Assembly: GCA_012838355.1 (NCBI GenBank)
Contig: DUPJ01000013.1
Coordinates: 1-62,753 of the forward strand
Direction of reading: 5' to 3'
From: Clostridiaceae bacterium
GTDB taxonomy: Bacteria; Bacillota; Clostridia; Saccharofermentanales; DTU023
Length of the DNA stretch: 62,753 nucleotides
Positions 38,912 to 49,290 of the stretch are shown here, one piece after another. Positions within the stretch are counted from its first letter, which is position 1, and every line of letters begins with the position of its first letter. Under the pieces are notes generated by a model that saw only the letters and a program-made list of their open reading frames with translations, was not told the DNA's origin and searched no databases. The translations under genes and the position numbers were made by a program.

Positions 38912-40258
38912 TCAGATACGCACCGACTGCCCGCGATCAAGCCTGCGGGCAAAGAGCCACAAGGCCAGCTCAGCGCGCCGGCGAAGCAGGCGGCAGCCAC
39001 GTTCATCGTCCCCGGCAATGTCGCCGCTCCTGTGCAATCGGTTGGCGGCACAGCCGCCGCCGCAGATCGGGCGTGCAAAGCAGCTGTGACAGGCTTCAGG
39101 CGGATCGGTCAGGGCCGTGGCAAACAGATCCTGCACTTCAGCATTTCTGGCCGTCGGATCGAGCACGGAACCAAGACGAAATGATGTTTCGCCAACCAGC
39201 TGGTGGCAGGGATAAATGTCACCTTCCGGGGTAACGGCAATGTACTCGACGCCAACACCGCAGCCTTTGTGTCGCTTGAACGCACACGGGCCATCTTCCA
39301 GATCGAGGCGAAAATGAAAGAAGTCGACCGGCTCACCGGCTGCCTCCCTCGCATCCAGTTCAACTGCCAGCCGCTCGTACTCATCCATCACCTGATTCAT
39401 GTGCCATTCGCGAATGGCAAGCGGGTGCTCGTCAGGCAGTACGACAGGCTCGATCGAGACATGGCGCGATAACTCGGCCAGAGCAAAAACATCGGCAGCA
39501 AAATCGAGGTTTTCTGATGTAAAGGTTCCGCGCAGATGGTGTGCCTGATCGCCTCTGGATGAAAGAAGCGTGCGAATCCCGCGTGTCGTTGCCTCGTAGG
39601 AACCGCGGCGGCCGACAGCCGGCCGCACGGCATCGTGCACATGCTGCCTGCCGTCGATGGATAGGACGACATTGGAAAAATGCGCATTGATGAACGCCGC
39701 CTTTTCCTCATCCAGCAGGGTGGCATTCGTGGTCAGGGTCAGCCGGATATTTTTATTTTGCTTCCTGCCTTCGTCTTCACAATATGCCACGAGTGTTTTC
39801 ACTGTCTCCCAGTTGATCAGAGGCTCGCCGCCGAAAAAATCGATGTCAAGATTGCGCCTTGAACCGCTTTCGCGAATCAGGTAGTCAATGGCCTTTCTGC
39901 CGACATCACTGCTCATCAGCCCGCGCGGCCCGCCATAGTCACCTGTCCCGGCAAAGCAGTACGTGCAGCGCAGATTGCAGTCGTGGCAGAGATTGAGGCA
40001 CATCGCCTTGATGCGCGGCTCGTCAGGATACAGTTCTTCCGTTCTGAATGTCCGTTCGGGCGAGAAAAGCGCTCCGGCGCTGACGAGATCAAAGACGGCG
40101 CGGCCAACATCGGTCTTGAGATCGTCGTCCGTGACCTTCCCGTCATTGTTCACCGCACGCTCTACAACAAGAAGCGCTGCCTCGTCGAGCTGATGCAGCG
40201 CGCCTGATACGGAGTCGAAGGCAAAATGATCGCCCTGAACCGTAAATGTATGAACCAA
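38912..40258 (-). CDS. scfB: radical SAM/SPASM maturase for the SCIFF peptide
   Basis: 448-aa ORF with a TTG start 1 nt after the peptide stop. It has a CNLRCTYC radical SAM motif and a C-terminal SPASM Cys cluster (CGVG..YPCHQ..CHSCFARPICGGGCAANR). The N-terminus MVHTFTVQGDHFAFDSVSGALHQLDE matches the family. Confidence 0.88.
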   Translation of the reverse strand: MVHTFTVQGDHFAFDSVSGALHQLDEAALLVVERAVNNDGKVTDDDLKTDVGRAVFDLVSAGALFSPERTFRTEELYPDEPRIKAMCLNLCHDCNLRCTYCFAGTGDYGGPRGLMSSDVGRKAIDYLIRESGSRRNLDIDFFGGEPLINWETVKTLVAYCEDEGRKQNKNIRLTLTTNATLLDEEKAAFINAHFSNVVLSIDGRQHVHDAVRPAVGRRGSYEATTRGIRTLLSSRGDQAHHLRGTFTSENLDFAADVFALAELSRHVSIEPVVLPDEHPLAIREWHMNQVMDEYERLAVELDAREAAGEPVDFFHFRLDLEDGPCAFKRHKGCGVGVEYIAVTPEGDIYPCHQLVGETSFRLGSVLDPTARNAEVQDLFATALTDPPEACHSCFARPICGGGCAANRLHRSGDIAGDDERGCRLLRRRAELALWLFARRLDRGQSVRI

Positions 40259-40259
40259 A

Positions 40260-40406
40260 TTATCTCGCCTCGTTTTCGCAGGGCTGGTTTGCCACAGTAC
40301 AGCTGGTTTTGCAGGCCGACTGACATGATGTCTGGCATTCGCCGCAGGCGACCGTCACCTTTTCATTTGTCCATTTGCCTTTGGAAATCGTTTTGATAAA
40401 AGCCAT
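40260..40406 (-). CDS. scfA: SCIFF (six cysteines in forty-five residues) ribosomal peptide precursor
   Basis: Absent from the ORF track because it is under 60 aa. My reverse-complement translation gives MAFIKTISKGKWTNEKVTVACGECQTSCQSACKTSCTVANQPCENEAR*. The motif CGECQTSCQSACKTSCTVANQ-C is the SCIFF signature. An AGGAGA RBS lies upstream. Confidence 0.9.
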   Translation of the reverse strand: MAFIKTISKGKWTNEKVTVACGECQTSCQSACKTSCTVANQPCENEAR

Positions 40407-40425
40407 GGTTATCTCCTAAATAATG

Positions 40426-40764
40426 CTAATTGGACGATTCTTCGATCGACGGCGTAAAGATCTGGCTGACCGCACTCTTCTTAAACGTCATCATCGTATT
40501 TGCAACACTGGTGTAAATGGTGACTTCGTCGTCCGTCATACTGGCAATGCGGCCCACGATACCGCCGATTGTCATGACACTGTCACCGACCTTCATCTGG
40601 CTGATCTGTTCCTTCAGCTTCTTTTCCTTGTTTTTCTGAGGACGGATCATCAAAAAGTACATCACGACAAACATCAGAACGAGCGGCAGCAGCATGCCAA
40701 GCGAGCCGAACAGGCCTCCTGCTTCTGCCTGCTCCAATACAACTGGCAACCGATTAATCAACAT
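40426..40764 (-). CDS. yajC: preprotein translocase subunit YajC
   Basis: 112-aa ORF with one TM helix and the motif MIRPQKNKEKKLKEQISQMKVGDSVMTIGGIVG. Confidence 0.88.
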   Translation of the reverse strand: MLINRLPVVLEQAEAGGLFGSLGMLLPLVLMFVVMYFLMIRPQKNKEKKLKEQISQMKVGDSVMTIGGIVGRIASMTDDEVTIYTSVANTMMTFKKSAVSQIFTPSIEESSN

Positions 40765-40809
40765 TAAAAATCCCCCGCGGGAAGTATTTCAGGTCAACCC
40801 TGATGCGCC

Positions 40810-40839
40810 ATCATAGCATTTTGACGTCTTTTGTGTAAA
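40810..40839 (-). promoter_or_regulatory. putative internal promoter for yajC-scfA-scfB
   Basis: On the minus strand: TTTACA (40839..40834), an 18-nt spacer, then TGCTATGAT (extended -10; hexamer 40815..40810). It lies between the tgt stop and the yajC start. Confidence 0.4.
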
Positions 40840-40841
40840 GT

Positions 40842-43040
<2,199 letters not shown>

Positions 43041-43048
<8 letters not shown>

Positions 43049-44366
43049 GTTCCGCCTCCAGCATGCGTTGGATAGATGCAGCCGAACGCGCTCCGTAAAA
43101 CGCCTTGCGCGCCGCTTTGCGAGCCGGTGTGTCCGGTGTCGGGGCGAAAAGTCCGAAGTTTGCGTTCATGGGCTGGTAATCGGGGCTTTCCGACGAGATG
43201 ACGTATTGATGCAGGGCACCGATCATGGTGTCGCCGGCGGGCAGCAGCCGGTCGGCCATTGTCCGGCTCTTCCCTTCCAGGAGATGCCGGATGAAGCGGC
43301 CGGTGATCAGCCCTGACGATGCCGATTCCATGTAGCCTTCGACGCCGGTCAGCTGGCCGGCTGCAAAAATGCGGCTGTTTTGTTTCAGCACGTTGCCGCC
43401 GCCAAGCACCCGCGGTCCCTGAACGTACGTATTTCGATGCATCACGCCATAGCGGAAGAACTCCGCTTCGGCAAGCGCCGGTATGAGGCGAAATATTCGC
43501 TGCTGTTCCGGAAACGTGAGTCTCGTCTGGAAACCGACGAGTCCCCACATCTGTGCCGCGGCATCTTCGCGTCGCAGCTGAAGCACAGCATAAGGGCGTC
43601 GGCCGGTTTTCGGGTCTGTGAGCCCGGTCGGTCGCATCGGCCCGTAGCGTATCGTGTCGATGCCGCGGGCGGCCAGTCGCTCAATCGGCTGGCAGTGGGC
43701 AAATACGCGATCGTCATATGCCGTTGTCTCAACCACGCGACCGTTCAGCAGTGCGTCGTAAAACGTCCGGTATTCCGCCTCATTGAGAGGGCAGTTGATA
43801 TAATCGTCGCCGCCTTTGCCATACCGCCCTGCGGCAAAGCTGAGATCCGGGTTGATGCTTTCCGCACTGACGATCGGTGCTGTGGCATCGAAGAAATGCA
43901 GATGATCGGAGTCGATCTGAGCTGCCAGGTCCGGCTCGGTCAGCGGTCCGGTTGCCACCACCGTAAACGCCGTATCGACCGGGATCGCATCAACTTTTCT
44001 TGACTCAACAGTGACCAGCGCATGTTCTGTCAGCCGATTTGTGACGGCCGCGGAAAACCGTTCGCGATCCACGGCCAAGGCACCGCCGGCCCGCAAGCGC
44101 TGGCGGTCGGCAACGTCCAGCACGATCGATCCGAGGCTGCGCATCTCTCGCTTGAGCAAGCCGCCGGCCGTTTCAGGATCGTCTGATTTCAGCGAATTGG
44201 AACACACGAGTTCGGCATAACCGGGCAGGCGGTATGCCCCGAACACCTCGGGCTTGCAATCGATCAGATGCACAGAAAAGCCGCCGGCAAGCAGCTGCCA
44301 GGCACACTCAGCACCGGCCAGCCCCGCACCGATGATCGTGACATCAGGCTTTTTCGGAATCGTCAT
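43041..44366 (-). CDS. trmFO: methylenetetrahydrofolate--tRNA-(uracil54-C5)-methyltransferase
   Basis: 441-aa ORF with an FAD motif (VTIIGAGLAGAECAWQL) and FAAGQLTGVEGYMESASSG. Confidence 0.9.
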
Positions 44367-46488
44367 CCTTTGCCTTCTTCGCTTTCACAGCGCGTGCATT
44401 CGTCGGGCAGTCCTTGCTGCCGCAGCGTTTCGACACGTTTCGGCCATACCGTTTTTCCACCATGTACGACTGGCAGACAGGGCATGTTTCGCCGGGAATC
44501 GGCTTGTCCCAGGAAATGAACGGACACTTCGGGTCCTTCCCCTTCTGATCACAGACAAAGAATTGCCGCTTGCGCTTTCTGGCCGTCTTGATGATCACGT
44601 CAGAGCCGCAGAGCGGGCAGTCAACGCCGGCCTTCACCACAATCGGCTCGCTGTGATCACACGCCGGATAGCGCGAGCAGGCAATAAACCGGCCGTAGCG
44701 CCCCTCCTTGATCTGGAGATCGCCTTCCTTGCACTTCGGACATTTTCGGCCGATGTCTTCCACCGGCATCTCGATTTTTGCGACGCCTTTGTCTGCCTTC
44801 ACAATTAGTTCATGAAACGGCTTGTAAAACTCATCAACGATTTTCACCCAGTCATTATCGCCGGATTCCACCGTATCGAGCCGGTTTTCCATTTCAGCCG
44901 TGAATGCGGGATCGACGACAGAATCGAAGTGATCTTCGAGCATCGTGGTCACCAGGATGCCGAGTTCCGTCGGTTTCAGCGTCCGTCCCGGCAGCCGCTC
45001 CGCGTACTGGCGGTCCTGAATCGTCATGATGGTCGGTGCATATGTTGAGGGCCGGCCGATGCCGAACTCCTCCATCGCCTTGATCAGGCTGGCCTCCGTG
45101 TAGCGTGCCGGCGGCTGCGTGAATTTCTGCTCAGGCACGAGTTTTTCCAGTTGCAGCGTCTGCCCCTCTTCCAGTTCCGGAAGCTGCTGATCGTCTTCAT
45201 CCTTCTGCTGGCTCGACCAGAGCTTCATGAATCCTGCAAAGCGCATGCGCTCGCCTGCTGCCCGGAAGACTTGTCCATTCGCTTCCACCTCGACATTCAC
45301 GCGATCAAACTCGGCGGGCGACATCTGAGATGCCAGAAAGCGATCCCAAATCAGTTTGTACAGTTTCGCCTGCTCTTTCGTCAGCATGGACTCCACGGCT
45401 GACGGCGGCAGATCAAAATGACTCGGCCGGATCGCTTCATGCGCATCCTGCGACTTGTTTTTGTTTTTGAAATAGCGCGGTTTCGGCACAACATACTCGT
45501 CACCATACGTGTCCGCTATCAGGCGACGCGCTTCATGCAGCGCCTCGGCCGATACACGCACGGAATCGGTTCTTATATAGGTAATCAGGGCCGTCTGTCC
45601 ATGTCCCGGCAGCGTCACACCTTCGTAAAGCTGCTGTGCCAGACGCATCGTACGACCGGAGTTGTAACTCAGCATGCGTGACGCATCCTGCTGCAGGGTA
45701 CTCGTCGTATAAGGTGCCCAGGGCTGCTTCTTCGCCACCCGTTTTGCCACGCTTCGCACCGTATACGAGGCATCCTTGACCGCAGCCAGCACGGCATCGG
45801 CTTCTGCCTTGTCTTTCGGAACCGACTTCTTGACCTTGCCGCCTTTCAGGAACCCGTGGTATTTGGCCCGAAATACGCGTGTATCTTCGAACTTTTTCAG
45901 GTGTGCGTACAGCAGCCAATACTCTTCCGGAATGAATGCTTCGATTTCGCGTTCCCGCATGACGATCAGCCGGGTGGTAACGGATTGCACGCGGCCTGCC
46001 GACAGCCCCTTCTTAATTTTTTTCCATAAAAGAGGGCTCAGCTCGTAACCGACAAGCCGGTCCAGAATCCGCCGAGACTGCTGGGCATCCACCAAATCCA
46101 GATCGAGCGGCCGCGCATTTTGCACACCGTCCTGAACGGCCTTTTCAGTGATTTCGTTGAATGTAACCCGCAGCGGTTCGGTGGGATCCAGTTTCAGCAA
46201 GTGAGCCAGATGAAACGCAATCGCCTCTCCTTCACGGTCGGGGTCGGTCGCGAGCAGAACTCGGTCTGCATCGGCTGCCGCCGCCCGCAGCTCGCGAATA
46301 ACTTTTTCCTTGCCGGCCATCGTGACGTACTGCGGCTGATAATTGTCGCGCACATTCACGCCGATTGTCTTGCTCGGCAAATCCCGCACGTGTCCGACAG
46401 AAGCGGCGATTTTATAAGAGTTGCCGAGATAGCGGCCGATTGTTTTGGCTTTGGCCGGTGACTCCACGATTAACAGTGTCTTGCTCAT
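44344..46488 (-). CDS. topA: DNA topoisomerase I
   Basis: 714-aa ORF with a Toprim start (LLIVESPAKAKTIGRYLG), the active-site region GLITYIRTDS, and several C-terminal Cys4 zinc ribbons. Confidence 0.93.
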   Translation of the reverse strand: MSKTLLIVESPAKAKTIGRYLGNSYKIAASVGHVRDLPSKTIGVNVRDNYQPQYVTMAGKEKVIRELRAAAADADRVLLATDPDREGEAIAFHLAHLLKLDPTEPLRVTFNEITEKAVQDGVQNARPLDLDLVDAQQSRRILDRLVGYELSPLLWKKIKKGLSAGRVQSVTTRLIVMREREIEAFIPEEYWLLYAHLKKFEDTRVFRAKYHGFLKGGKVKKSVPKDKAEADAVLAAVKDASYTVRSVAKRVAKKQPWAPYTTSTLQQDASRMLSYNSGRTMRLAQQLYEGVTLPGHGQTALITYIRTDSVRVSAEALHEARRLIADTYGDEYVVPKPRYFKNKNKSQDAHEAIRPSHFDLPPSAVESMLTKEQAKLYKLIWDRFLASQMSPAEFDRVNVEVEANGQVFRAAGERMRFAGFMKLWSSQQKDEDDQQLPELEEGQTLQLEKLVPEQKFTQPPARYTEASLIKAMEEFGIGRPSTYAPTIMTIQDRQYAERLPGRTLKPTELGILVTTMLEDHFDSVVDPAFTAEMENRLDTVESGDNDWVKIVDEFYKPFHELIVKADKGVAKIEMPVEDIGRKCPKCKEGDLQIKEGRYGRFIACSRYPACDHSEPIVVKAGVDCPLCGSDVIIKTARKRKRQFFVCDQKGKDPKCPFISWDKPIPGETCPVCQSYMVEKRYGRNVSKRCGSKDCPTNARAVKAKKAKDDDSEKA

Positions 46489-46572
46489 GTTGCTCCCATT
46501 CCGAACGGCGCCGGTTTCCCGGAAAGTTCGCCACTATATATACCCTATAAGCCTCCGGCGTGTCAAAACGAG

Positions 46573-47481
46573 TCACTGGAACAGCTCGGGCCAGACCGGT
46601 TTCAGGTCGTTGATGCCAGCATACACGCCGGCTCCTTCGTCGATCAGGCTGTGACAGCTGTCAGAATCGTCCTTCAGAATGCTTCCCGGCACAGCAAACA
46701 CCGGTTTCCCCTGATCGGCGGCAAAACCGGCCGTAATAAGAGTACCGCTGTTTTTTCTGGCCGACGTTACGATCACCACATCGGCCAAAGCCGCTACCAG
46801 GCGGTTTCTGGCCGGAAAACGATACGGTTTTGGCGTTACGCCGGGACGGTACTCAGTCAGAAGCCAGCCCTGCTCGATGATTTGAGCAAAGAGATCTCTA
46901 TTTTGAGCCGGATACGCCAGATCGATGCCGTGCGCGAGCACCGCTGCCGTCATGCCGCCGTTTGCCAGAGCCGTCGCATGAGCCTGCCGGTCTATCCCCA
47001 TGGCGCCCCCGCTGATCGTGACAACACCCTTCGCCGTCATTTCGCGGACGAGCCGCTCCGTAACCCGCAGACCGTATTCGCCGGGCTGCCGGCTCCCCAC
47101 AACGGCAGCGGCCGGAGAAGCGAACAGGTTATCCGGAGATCGCCTGCTTTTCGCATAGAGAAACGGCGGGGCTGAAGCCACCGCAAAGAGGCGTGTCTGC
47201 CACATCGCCAGAGGCGGCTCAAGCGCAAAGACAGATGCGCGCGCAAGCATTTTCGCCTCTTGTCTGAACTGCGCGCGTTCAAGCCGGTAACGGCGGCGCA
47301 AAAAGGCGAGTATCTGCCTGCCGGCGGCATCTCCTGCTGAAGCGGCATCTCCACGAAGGATCAGGCGGAACAGCTGACCGGCGGCAAAACGGACAGCCGC
47401 GTACGTTATTGTGCCTGCGGCAAAGCATGAAGACAGGAACAACGCCAGCATCAGTCTCTCGACACGATCGAAATGGTCCAT
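46573..47481 (-). CDS. dprA: DNA-processing protein DprA (Smf)
   Basis: I trimmed the 507-aa track ORF to the in-frame ATG at 47481 (MDHFDRVER), because the extension runs antisense through ychF. A Rossmann-like core is present (VVGSRQP..TISGGAMGIDRQAH..YP..N..L). Confidence 0.8.
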   Translation of the reverse strand: MDHFDRVERLMLALFLSSCFAAGTITYAAVRFAAGQLFRLILRGDAASAGDAAGRQILAFLRRRYRLERAQFRQEAKMLARASVFALEPPLAMWQTRLFAVASAPPFLYAKSRRSPDNLFASPAAAVVGSRQPGEYGLRVTERLVREMTAKGVVTISGGAMGIDRQAHATALANGGMTAAVLAHGIDLAYPAQNRDLFAQIIEQGWLLTEYRPGVTPKPYRFPARNRLVAALADVVIVTSARKNSGTLITAGFAADQGKPVFAVPGSILKDDSDSCHSLIDEGAGVYAGINDLKPVWPELFQ

Positions 47482-47589
47482 AATCAAAACATACGCCGGC
47501 ACACAAAGCGGGACGGACCATCGTGCCGCCGGTTCGTGACATTGGCCGGCATTTTGATTATGATGCGTATCGGATAGCGGAGGCAAATT

Positions 47590-48672
47590 ATGAAACTGGG
47601 ACTTGTTGGTCTGCCGAATGTCGGCAAAAGCACGCTCTTCAACGCGATCACAAAAGCTGGCGCACACGTGGCGAACTATCCGTTTGCGACGATTGATCCG
47701 AATGTCGGCATCGTCCACGTGCCGGACCATAGGCTTGATGTACTGGCCGCCATGTACCGGCCGGAAAAGGTCACGCCCGCCATACTCGAAGTCGTCGACA
47801 TCGCGGGACTTGTCGCCGGTGCAAGCCACGGCGAAGGACTTGGCAATGCATTCCTGGCTAATATTCGGGAAGTGGATGCGATCGGTCATGTCGTGCGCTG
47901 TTTTGACGACGGCAACGTCACGCATGTCTCCGGAACGATCGATCCGGCCGCTGACATCGAGGTGGTGGAACTTGAGCTCATTTTGTCGGATCTGGCGTAC
48001 ATCGGGCGGCGCCTTGAAAAAACGGCGCGGGCTGCGAAATCCGGTGATCCTGCACTCAAGGAGGAGGTCCGTTTTCTGGAGGAACTCGAAACCCATTTGT
48101 CGGCATCAAAACCGGCCAGGACGTTCGCCGACGGCGGGCGCGAAAGGCCGCAGGATCTTTTTTTGCTGACATCGAAACCGCTTCTCTACATCGCGAATGT
48201 GGCTGAGGACGATATCGGCGGCCAGTCGCCCCACGTCGCAGCGGTGAAAACCGTAGCAGCCGCCGAGAATGCGCCGGTTATCGTCATAGCCGCCAAGATC
48301 GAAGCAGAAATGGCGGAACTGGATGACAGCGAACGCGCCGACTTTGAACAGGCGCTCGGTCTTCAGGAAAGCGGCCTCGACCGTCTGGCAGCCGAAGCGT
48401 ATCGGCTGCTCAATCAGATCTCGTATCTGACGGCCGGTCCGAAGGAGGTGCGCGCCTGGACAATCAGCAAAGGCACCAAAGCGCCCCAGGCAGCCGGCAA
48501 AATTCATACCGATTTTGAACGCGGATTCATCCGTGCGGAAGTGATCGCCTATGCGGATCTGATTGAAGCCGGCACGATGGCACACGCCAAAGAACTTGGC
48601 AAAGTGCGTTCAGAAGGCAAGGAATATGTGTTCCGGGACGGCGACGTCGTCTTATTCCGCTTCAACGTCTGA
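47590..48672 (+). CDS. ychF: redox-regulated ribosome-binding ATPase YchF
   Basis: 360-aa ORF with MKLGLVGLPNVGKSTLFNA (G1), DIAGLV (G3) and a C-terminal TGS-like domain (HTDFERGFIRAEV). Confidence 0.93.
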   Translation: MKLGLVGLPNVGKSTLFNAITKAGAHVANYPFATIDPNVGIVHVPDHRLDVLAAMYRPEKVTPAILEVVDIAGLVAGASHGEGLGNAFLANIREVDAIGHVVRCFDDGNVTHVSGTIDPAADIEVVELELILSDLAYIGRRLEKTARAAKSGDPALKEEVRFLEELETHLSASKPARTFADGGRERPQDLFLLTSKPLLYIANVAEDDIGGQSPHVAAVKTVAAAENAPVIVIAAKIEAEMAELDDSERADFEQALGLQESGLDRLAAEAYRLLNQISYLTAGPKEVRAWTISKGTKAPQAAGKIHTDFERGFIRAEVIAYADLIEAGTMAHAKELGKVRSEGKEYVFRDGDVVLFRFNV

Positions 48673-49290
48673 CGGCATGGCGGTCAGGGCAACGCCGCGT
48701 TTTCTCAGCTCGGGAACCATGACGGCGGCCACGTCGGCTTCCAGCTGTTCGAGACTGCCGTCATTTCTGATCTCACGATCGGCCAGCGCAGCATAATCCG
48801 CCTGCGGAAGCTGAACGGCCATGCGGCGTTTTGCGTCCGCTTCACTCATGCCCCGCCGTCTCAGCCGCTCCAGTCGGATCGCGTCATCTGCCGTCACCGC
48901 AATGACGAAATGCGCGCGATCCAAAAACCCCTCTTTCACAGGCAGCGGCACATCAAGAACGACGGCCTTGACTTTCTTTTTCGTCAGACGGTCAATCTCT
49001 TCCCCCATGGTCTTCAGCACATGAGCGTGGACAATGCGGTTGACCCGATCTCTGGCTGCATGGTTCTGAAAGATCAGGTCTGCGAGCAGCGGCCGGTTCA
49101 AGGCTCCGTCAGCATTGACAATCCTGCCTCCGAAAGCCTCTGCCAGTTCAGGCAGAGCAGCGCCGCCGCTGTCCGTCACATCTGCCGACAGCCGGTCGGC
49201 ATCGATCACCGGCATGCCCCAGCTTCCCAGCATCCGGGCAACGGTTGTTTTGCCGCTGCCAATGCCGCCGGTTACACCGATCACGAACAT
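48652..49290 (-). CDS. coaE: dephospho-CoA kinase
   Basis: Trimmed to MFVIGVTGGIGSGKTT (P-loop). Its ATG overlaps the polA stop (TAATG). Confidence 0.88.
   Translation of the reverse strand: MFVIGVTGGIGSGKTTVARMLGSWGMPVIDADRLSADVTDSGGAALPELAEAFGGRIVNADGALNRPLLADLIFQNHAARDRVNRIVHAHVLKTMGEEIDRLTKKKVKAVVLDVPLPVKEGFLDRAHFVIAVTADDAIRLERLRRRGMSEADAKRRMAVQLPQADYAALADREIRNDGSLEQLEADVAAVMVPELRKRGVALTAMPSDVEAE

Noticed and set aside
46573-48096. Long N-terminal extensions in the ORF-track models (dprA 507 aa, nusB 195 aa, the topoisomerase B and A genes, dnaG, the HD protein, polA, efp, coaE)
   Set aside because: The extensions run into neighbouring genes, or antisense through ychF in the case of dprA. 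Internal starts with good RBSs reproduce the canonical family N-termini, so I trimmed the coordinates.
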